This document shows, piece by piece, positions 54,601 through 64,000 of a stretch of 64,000 nucleotides of DNA. How positions within the stretch are numbered: the first letter of the stretch is position 1; each line of letters begins with the position of its first letter. Source of the stretch: Eukaryota sp. TZLM1-RC (lineage: Eukaryota; Protista; Metamonada: BaSk clade); the NCBI GenBank assembly GCA_040285825.1, contig JAUPSS010000002.1:3884581-3948580 (forward strand), given 5' to 3'. A program made the position numbers and the translations under genes. Below the pieces are notes generated by a model. That model searched no databases and was not told the DNA's origin. It was given only the letters and a program-made list of their open reading frames with translations.

Positions 54601-57600
54601 TTCAAGGAAATTTCAGTAAAGAAATAATAATCCAAACAAAAGTTAAAAGGATGCAGCACCCAGTGTTCGCTGGTGGTCTCCCACCCAACTACTGACCAGG
54701 CCTGTGGCCGCTTAACTTCGGAATTCGGAATGGGATCCGGTGCTATAGACCAAGTATGGCCGCATCCAATTGTAAAGTACCAGTTGCGAATGTAAACATT
54801 ATTAAATACAAAACATAATTCTAATTTGAAATCATCATCTGTTTGATATAATTGGGTTCAATAGAACACTGGTTGTAATTGATTTATTCAAAATTCGAAG
54901 AGATGTTTTGTTTTCAAAAAAATTTTAAGACCATAAATCACACAAATGCGACCTTTAAAGTTCAAGGAAATTTCAGTAAAGAAATATTAATCCAAACAAA
55001 AGTTAAAAAGGATGCAGCACCCAGTGTTCGCTGGTGGTCTCCCACCCAACTACTGACCAGGCCTGTGGCCGCTTAACTTCGGAATTCGGAATGGGATCCG
55101 GTGCTATAGACCAAGTATGGCCGCATCCAATTGTAAAGTACCAGTTGCGAATGTAAACATTATTAAATACAAAACATAATTCTAATTTGAAATCATCATC
55201 TGTTTGATATAATTGGGTTCAATAGAACACTGGTTGTAATTGATTTATTCAAAAATTCGAAGAGATGTTTTGTTTTCAAAAAAATTTTAAGACCATAAAT
55301 CACACAAATGCGACCTTTTAAAGTTCAAGGAAATTTCAGTAAAGAAATAATAATCCAAACAAAAGTTAAAAAGGATGCAGCACCCAGTGTTCGCTGGTGG
55401 TCTCCCCACCCAACTACTGACCAGGCCTGTGGCCGCTTAACTTCGGAATTCGAATGGGATCCGGTGCTATAGACCAAGTATGGCCGCATCCAATTGTAAA
55501 GTACCAGTTGCGAATGTCAAACATTATTAAATACAAAAACATAATTCTAATTTGAAATCATCATCTGTTTGATATAATTGGGTTCAATAGAACACTGGTT
55601 TGTAATTGATTTATTCAAAATTCGAAGAGATGTTTTGTTTTCAAAAATTTTAAGACCATAAATCACACAAATGCGACCTTTAAAGTTCAAGGAAATTTCA
55701 GTAAAGAAATAATAATCCAAACAAAAGTTAAAAGGATGCAGCACCCAGTGTTCGCTGGTGGTCTCCCACCCAACTACTGACCAGGCCTCAGGCCGCTTAA
55801 CTTCGGAATTCGGAATGGGATCCGGTGCTATAGACCAAGTATGGCCGCATCCAATTGTAAAGTACCAGTTATGAATGTAAACATTATTAAATACAAAAAC
55901 ATAATTCTAATTTGAAATCATCATCTGTTTGATATAATTGGGTTCAATAGAACACTGGTTGTAATTGATTTATTCAAAATTCGAAGAGATGTTTTGTTTT
56001 CAAAAATTTTAAGACCATAAATCACACAAATGCGACCTTTAAAGTTCAAGGAAATTTCAGTAAAGAAATAATAATCCAAACAAAAGTTAAAAGGATGCAG
56101 CACCCAGTGTTCGCTGGTGGTCTCCCACCCAACTACTGACCAGGCCTGTGGCCGCTTAACTTCGAATTCGAATGGGATCCGGTGCTATAGACCAAGTATG
56201 TCTGCATCCAATTGTAAAGTACCAGTTGCGAATGTAAACATTATTAAATACAAAAACATAATTCTAATTTGAAATCATCATCTGTTTGATATAATTGGGT
56301 TCAACAGAACACTGGTTGTAATTGATTTATTCAAAATTCGAAGAGATGTTTTGTTTTCCGTAAATTTTAAGACCATAAATCACACAAATGCGACCTTTGA
56401 AAGTTCAAGGAAATTTCAGTAAAGAAATAATAATCCAAACAAAAAGTTAAAAGGATGCAGCACCCAGTGTTCGCTGGTGGTCTCCCACCCAACTACTGAC
56501 CAGGCCCTGTGGCCGCTTAACTTCGGAATTCGGAATGGGATCCGGTGCTATAGACTCAAGTATGAGCCGCATCCAATTGTAAAAGTACCAGTTGCGAATG
56601 TAAACATTATTAAATACAAAACATAATTCTAATTTGAAATCATCATCTGTTTGATATAATTGGGTTCAATAGAACACTGGTTGTAATTGATTTATTCAAA
56701 AATTCGAAGAGATGTTTTGTTTTCAAAAATTTTAAGACCATAAATCACAAATGCGACCTTTAAAGTTCAAGGAAATTTCAGTAAAGAAATAATAATCCAA
56801 ACAAAAGTTAAAAAGGATGCAGCACCCAGTGTTCGCTGGTGGTCTCCCACCCAACTACTGACCAGGCCTGTGGCCGCTTAACTTCGGAATTCGAATGGGA
56901 TCCGGTGCTATAGACCAAGTATGGCCGCATCCAATTGTAAAGTACCAGTTGCGAATGTAAACATTATTAAATACAAAACATAATTCTAATTTGAAATCAT
57001 CATCTGTTTGATATAATTGGGTTCAATAGAACACTGGTTTGTAATTGATTTATTCAAAATTCGAAGAGATGTTTTGTTTTCAAAAATTTTAAGACCATAA
57101 ATCACACAAATGCGACCTTTAAAGTTCAAGGAAATTTCAGTAAAGAAATAATAATCCAAACAAAAGTTAAAAGGATGCAGCACCCAGTGTTCGCTGGTGG
57201 TCTCCCACCCAACTACTGACCAGGCCTGTGGCCGCTTAACTTCGGAATTCGAATGGGATCCGGTGCTATAGACCAAGTATGGCCGCATCCAATTGTAAAG
57301 TACCAGTTGTGAATGTCAAACATTATTAAATACAAAACATAATTCTAATTTGAAATCATCATCTGTTTGATATAATTGGGTCTTAATAGAACACTGGTTG
57401 TAATTGATTTATTCAAAATTCAAGAGATGTTTTGTTTTCAAAAATTTAAGACCATAAATCACACAAATGCGACCTTTAAAGTTCAAGGAAATTTCAGTAA
57501 AGAAATAATAATCCAAACAAAAGTTGTGATGCAGCACTCAGTGTCTGCTGGTGGTCTCCACCCAACTACTGACCAGGCCTGTGTCGCTTAACTTCGGAAT

Positions 57601-60600
57601 TCGGAATGGGATCTGGTGCTATAGACCAAGTATGGCTGCATCCAATTGTAAAGTACCAGTTGCGAATGAACATTATTAAATACAAAAACATAATCTTAAT
57701 TTGAAATCATCATCTGTTTGATATAATTGTCTCAATAGAACACTGGTTGTAATTGATTTATTCAAAATTCGAAGAGATGTTTTGTTTTCGCAAAATTTAA
57801 GACCATAAATCACACAAATGCGACCTTTAAAGTTCAAGGAAATTTCAGTAAAGAAATATTAATCCAAACAAAAGTTAAAAAGGATGCAGCACCCAGTGTT
57901 CGCTGGTGGTCTCCCACCCAACTTACTGACCAGCCTGTGGCCGCTTAACTTCGGAATTCGGAATGGGATCCGGTGCTATAGACCAAGTATGGCCGCATCC
58001 AATTGTAAAGTACCAGTTGCGAATGTAAACATTATTAAATACAAAAACATAATTCTAATTTGAAATCATCATCTGTTTGATATAATTGGGTTCAGAACAC
58101 TGGTTGTAATTGATTTATTCAAAAATTCGAAGAGATGTTTTGTTTTCAAAAATTTTTAAGACCATAAATCACACAAATGCGACCTTTTAAAGTTCAAGGA
58201 AATTTCAGTAAAGAAATATTAATCCAAACAAAAGTTAAAGGATGCAGCACCTAGTGTTCGCTGGTGGTCTCCCACCCAACTACTGACCAGGCCTGTGGCC
58301 GCTTAACTTCGGAATTCGAATGGGATCCGGTGCTATAGACCAAGTATGGCCGCATCCAATTGTAGTACCAGTTGCGAATGTAAACATTATTAAATACAAA
58401 AACATAATTCTAATTTGAAATCATCATCTGTTTGATATAATTGGGTTCAATAGAACACTGGTTGTAATTGATTTATTCAAAATTCGAAGAGATGTTTTGT
58501 TTTCACTTTAAGACCATAAATCACACAAATGCGACCTTTAAAGTTCAAGGAAATTTCAGTAAAGAAATAATAATCCAAACAAAGTTAAAAAGGATGCAGC
58601 ACCCAGTGTTCGCTGGTGGTCTCCCACCCAACTACTGACCAGGCCTGTGGCCGCTTAACTTCGGAATTCGGAATGGGATCCGGTGCTATAGACCAAGTAT
58701 GGCCGCATCCAATTGTAAAGTACCAGTTGCGAATGTCAACATTATTAAATACAAAACATAATTCTAATTTGAAATCATCATCTGTTTGATATAATTGTTC
58801 AATAGAACACTGGTTGTAATTGATTTATTCAAAATTCGAAGAGATGTTTGTTTTCAAAAAATTTTAAGACCATAAATCACACAAAATGCGACCTTTTAAA
58901 GTTCAAGGAAATTTCAGTAAAGAAATAATAATCCAAACAAAAGTTAAAAGGATGCAGCACCCAGTGTTCGCTGGTGGTCTCCCACCCAACTACTGACCAG
59001 GCCTGTGGCCGCTTAACTTCGGAATTCGGAATGGGATCCTGGTGCTATAGACCAAGTATGGCCGCATCCAATTGTAAAGTACCAGTTGCGAATGTCAAAC
59101 ATTATTAAATACAAAAACATAATTCTAATTTGAAATCATCATCTGTTTGATATAATTGGGTTCAATAGAACACTGGTTGTAATTGATTTATTCAAAAATT
59201 CGAAGAGATGTTTTGTTTTCAAAAATTTTAAGACCATAAATCACACAAATGCGACCTTTAAAGTTCAAGGAAATTTCAGTAAAGAAATATTAATCCAAAC
59301 AAAGTTGCAAAAGGATGCAGCACCCAGTGTTCGCTGGTGGTCTCCCACCCAACTACTGACCAGGCCTGTGGCCGCTTAACTTCGGAATTCGGAATGGGAT
59401 CCGGTGCTAGACCAAGTATGGCCGCATCCAATTGTAAAGTACCAGTTGCGAATGTAAACATTATTTACAATACAAAACATAATTCTAATTTGAAATCATC
59501 ATCTGTTTGATATAATTGGGTTCAATAGAACACTGGTTGTAATTGATTTATTCAAAAATTCGAAGAGATGTTTTTGTTTTCAAAAATTTTAAGACCATAA
59601 ATCACACAAATGCGACCTTTAAAGTTCAAGGAAATTTCAGTAAAGAAATAATAATCCAAACAAAAGTTAAAAGGATGCAGCACCAGTGTTCGCTGGTGGG
59701 TCTCCCACCCAATCTCACTGACCAGGCCTGTGGCCGCTTAACTTCGGAATTCGGAATGGGATCCGGTGCTATAGACCAAGTATGGCCGCATCCAATTGTA
59801 AAGTACCAGTTGCGAATGTCAACATTATTAAATACAAAAACATAATTCTAATTTGGAAATCATCATCTGTTTGATATAATTGGTTCAATAGGAACACTGG
59901 TTGTAATTGATTTTATTCAAAATTCGAAGAGATGTTTTTGTTTTCTGCAAAAAATTTAAGACCATAAATCACACAAATGCGACCTTTAAAGTTCAAGGAA
60001 ATTTTCAGTAAAGAAATAATAAATCCAAACAAAAGTTAAAAGGATGCAGCACCCAGTGTTCGCTGGTGGTCTCCCACCCAACTCATCTGACCAGGCCTGT
60101 GGCGCTTAACTTCGAATTCGGAATGGGATCCGGTGCTATAGACCAAGTATGGCCGCATCCAATTGTAAAGTACCAGTTGCGAATGTAAACATTATTAAAT
60201 ACAAAACATAATTCTAATTTGAAATCATCATCTGTTTGATATAATTGGGTCTCAATAGAACACTGGTTGTAATTGATTTATTCAAAATCTGAAGAGATGT
60301 TTTGTTTTCAAAAATTTTAAGACCATAAATCACACAAATGCGACCTTTTAAAGTTCAAGGAAATTTCAGTAAAGAAATAATAATCCAAACAAAGTTAAAA
60401 AGGATGCAGCACCCAGTGTTCGCTGGTGGTCTCCCACCCAACTATCGACTAGGCCTTGTGGCCGCTTAACTTCGAATTGAATGGATCCGGTGCTATAGAC
60501 TGGCATGGCCGCATCCAATTGTAAAGTACCAGTTGCGAATGTAAACATTATTAAATACAAAACATAATTCTAATTTGAAATCATCATCTGTTTGATATAA

Positions 60601-63600
60601 TTGGGTTCAATAGAACACTGGTTGTAATTGATTTATTCAAAATTCGAAGAGATGTTTTGTTTTCAAAAATTTTAAGACCATAAATCACACAAATGCGACC
60701 CTTTAAAGTCTGAGGAAATTTCAGTAAAATAATAATCCAAACAAAGTTAAAAGGATGGCACCCAGTGTTCGCTGGTGGTCTCCCACCCAACTACTGACCA
60801 GGCCTGTGGCCTTAACTTCGGAATTCGGAATGGGATCCGGTGCTATAGACGCGACCAAGTATGGCTTCGCATCCAATTCTGTAGAGTACCAGTTGCGAAT
60901 GTAAACATTATTAAATACAAAACATAATTCTAATTTTGAAATCATCATCTGTTTGATATAATTGTCTCAATAGAACACTGGTTGTAATTGGATTTATTCA
61001 AAATTCCGAAGAGAGGATCGTTTTCAAAAATTTAAGACCATAAATCACACAAATGCGACCTTTAAAGTTCAAGGAAATTTCAGTAAAGAAATATTAATCC
61101 AAACAAAGTTAGTGATGCAGCACCCAGTGTTCGCTGGTGGTCTCCCACCCAACTACTGACCAGGCTCCGAGGCCAAGCGAATCTCGGACCCGAAATGGAT
61201 CCGGTGCTATAGACCAAGCATGCATCCAATTGTGTAAAGTACCAGCTATGAATGTAAACATTATTAAAATCACAAAACATAATTCTAATTTGGAAATCAT
61301 CATCTGGTTTGATATAATCGTTCAATAGAACACTGGTTTGTACTGATTTATTCAAAATTCGAAAGAGATAAAGCTTTTGTTTTCTCAAAACAATTTCAGA
61401 CCATAACCACTAAATGCGACCTTTTAAAGTTCAAGGAAATTTCGGTAAAGAAATAATAATCCAAACAAAAGTTAAAAGGATGCAGCACCCAGTGTTCGCT
61501 GCGGTCTCACCCAACTACTGACCAGGCCTGTGGCCGCTTAACTTCGAATTCCGGAATGGGATCCGTTATAGGACTAAGTATGGCCGCATCCAATCAGAAA
61601 GTACCAGGCCAGAATAAACATTATTATATAACTTCAATTTGAAATCACTTCATCTGTTTGATATAATTGGGTTCATTAGAACACTGGTTGTAATTGATTT
61701 ATTCAAAATTCGAAGAGATGTTTTGTTTTCGTACTACATCATAAATCACACAAATGCGACCTTTAGAGTTCAGCGAAATTTCAGTAAAGAAATATTAATC
61801 CAAACAAAAGTTGAAAGGATGCAGCACCAGTGTTCGCTGGTATTCTCCCACCCAACTACTGACCAGGCTCAGGGTCGCTATTCGGAATGGGATCCGGAAA
61901 AGAGTAGACCAAGTATGGCCGCATCCAATTGTAAAGTACCAGCTATGCAATGTAAACATTATTAAATACAAAACATAATTCTAATTTGAAATCATCATCT
62001 GTTTGATATAAATGGGTGTTCAATAGGTCACTGGTTGTAGTGGATTTATTCAAAATTCGAAGAGATGCTCTTGTTCGCATTTTAAGACCATAAATCACAC
62101 AAATGCGACTCCTTTAAAGTTCTGGAAGGAAATTTCAGCAAAGAAATAATAATCCAAACAAAAAGTTAAAAGGATGCAGCACTCTAGTGTTCGCTGGTGG
62201 TCTCCCACCCAACTACTAGACCATTGGTGGGCCTGTGGCTCGCTTAACTTCGGAATTGGAATGGGATCCGGTGCTATAGACCAAGTATGTAGCCGCATCC
62301 AATTGTAAAGTACCAGTTGCGAATGTAAACATTATTAAATCACAAAACATAATTCTAATTTGAAATCATCATCTGTTTGATATAATTGGGTTCATCGAAC
62401 ACTGGTTGTAATTGATTTTATTCAAAATTCGAAGATGTTTGTTTTCACTTTAAGAGACCATAAATTCACACAAATGCGACCCTGAAGTTCAAGGAAATTT
62501 CGTGCAAAGAAACAATAATCCAAACAAAGTTAGGATGCAGCACCCATGTTCGCTGGTGGTCTCCCACCCAACTATCGACTACAGGCCCAGGCCGCTAACT
62601 TCGGAATTCGAATGGGATCCGGGTGCTATAGACCAAGTATGGGCCGCATCCACCAGTAAAGTACCAGTCGTAAACAGCTATTAAATACAAAACATAATTC
62701 AAATTTGAAATCATAATCTGTTTGATATAATTAGTCTAATAGAACACTGGTTGTAATTGATTTATTCAAATTCGAAGAGATGTTTTGTTTCCATTCCAAG
62801 ACCATAAATCACACAAATGCGACCTTTAAAGTTCAAGGAAATTTCAGTAAAGAAATAATAATCCAAACAAAAGTTAAGATGTACACCCAGGCGGTTCAGC
62901 TGGTGGTCTCCCAATCTAACTACTGACCGAAATTGTACCGCTTAACTTCGGAATTCGGAATGGGATCCGGTGCCATAGACTGCGGTCACATCCAACTTGC
63001 AGAAGTACCAGTTGCGAATGTAAATGATGACAAAACATAATCTAAAATTTGAAATCATAATCTGTTTGATATAATTAGTTCAATAGGAACACTGGGTTGT
63101 AATTGATTTATTCAAAATTCTGAAGAGATGTTTGCCTTTCATTTCAAAGACTACAACTACAATGCGACTTCCTTTAAAGTTCAAGGAAATTTCAGTAAAG
63201 AAACATTAATCCAAACAAAGTTAAAGAGATGCAGCACCTTAGTGTTCGCTGGTGGTCTCCCACCAACTACTGACCAGGGCCTGTAATGCTAAACTTCGGA
63301 ATTCTGGAATGGGATCCGGAAAGAGAATTACATGGCCGCATCCACTGTAAAGTACCATGCTGCGAAGGTCAACATTATTAAAATGCAAAACATAATTTTA
63401 ATTTGAAATCATCAACTGTTTGGTACAATTTGGTTCAATAAATTGGCTGTAATTGATTTATTCAAAATTGAAGAGATGTTTGTTTTCGTACTACACTATA
63501 AATCACACAAATGCGACCTTTAAAGTTCAAGCGAAATTTCAGTAAAGAAATAATAATCCAAACAAAGTTAAATGGATGCAGCACCCAGTGTTCTGCTGGT

Positions 63601-64000
63601 GGTCTCCACCTAACTACTGACCAGCCCTCCAGGTCAACTTCGAATTCGAATGGGATCCGGTGCTATAGACCATAGCGCATCCAATTGTAGCACGAAGTTA
63701 TGGAATGTAAATGATTATTATATAAAGGTTCATAATTTAATCGAAATCATCATCTGTTTGATATAACCGTCTCATAGAACACTGGCTGTAATTGATTTAT
63801 TCAAAATTCAGGATAAATGATTTTCAAAAATTTCAAGACCATAAATCACAATAAATGCGACCTTTATCAAAGTTCAAGGAAATTTCTATAAAGAAATATT
63901 AATCCAAACAAAAGTTAAAGGATGCAGCACCAGTGTTCGTCGGTGGTCTCCCACCCAACTACTGACCAGGCAGGCCGCTTAACTGGAATTCGGAATGGAT
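45684..64000 (-). rRNA. Block of 52 tandem 5S rRNA genes (last partial; noisy after ~53 kb)
   Basis: Left coordinates 45684, 46043, 46402, 46761, 47119, 47477, 47836, 48195, 48554, ~48908, 49263, 49622, 49981, 50340, 50699, 51058 ... ~63920. Confidence 0.93.

Larger units (their letters stand above)
26167..64000 (-). repeat. Tandem 5S rDNA array, ~359-bp unit (119-nt gene + ~240-bp spacer), 76 copies by manual count, continues past window end
   Basis: Near-identical units repeat every 358-360 bp; interrupted by insertions at 26269, 26899, 30054 and 44019. Confidence 0.97.

Noticed and set aside
29399-62684. Recurrent 60-108 aa ORFs (MLHPFNFCLDYY... etc.)
   Set aside because: Chance frames across the 5S gene/spacer whose presence depends on homopolymer length; not conserved among units
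26167-64000. Regular repeat array as a CRISPR array
   Set aside because: Whole 359-bp units are near-identical with no unique spacers, the conserved part is 5S rRNA, and there are no cas genes
53000-64000. Progressive degeneration of 5S units toward the window end
   Set aside because: Dominated by homopolymer indels and scattered non-shared errors rising steadily, typical of low-coverage long-read consensus; not treated as biological

Overview
Eukaryotic DNA from an intron-poor, AT-rich flagellated protist (inferred from EFHC1/Rib72, Snu23/ZMAT2, SDE2, an OTU deubiquitinase and no evident introns). Left part (1-26.1 kb): compact host genes interleaved with mobile-element debris, namely three Fanzor1 (eukaryotic TnpB) remnants (one followed by a densely hairpinned ~200-nt omegaRNA candidate), a hAT MITE with 8-bp TSD and a longer relative, a 5'-truncated Gypsy pol, and several restriction-like-endonuclease (RLE) non-LTR retrotransposon 3' ends. 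Right part (26.2-64 kb): a minus-strand tandem 5S rRNA array (~359-bp unit, 76 copies by manual count, running off the window, with growing indel noise after ~53 kb). It carries four insertions from three TE classes: a pogo-type DNA transposon inside a 5S gene (TA TSD), two RLE non-LTR insertions in the spacer, and a near-intact, young 7.4-kb Gypsy LTR element integrated at -2..-5 of a 5S gene, which resembles Ty3-style Pol III targeting. That element has an unexplained extra 5' coding region joined to gag-pol by two +1 junctions and lacks a canonical tRNA PBS. All family assignments come from motif recognition by eye; no searches or folding programs were run.
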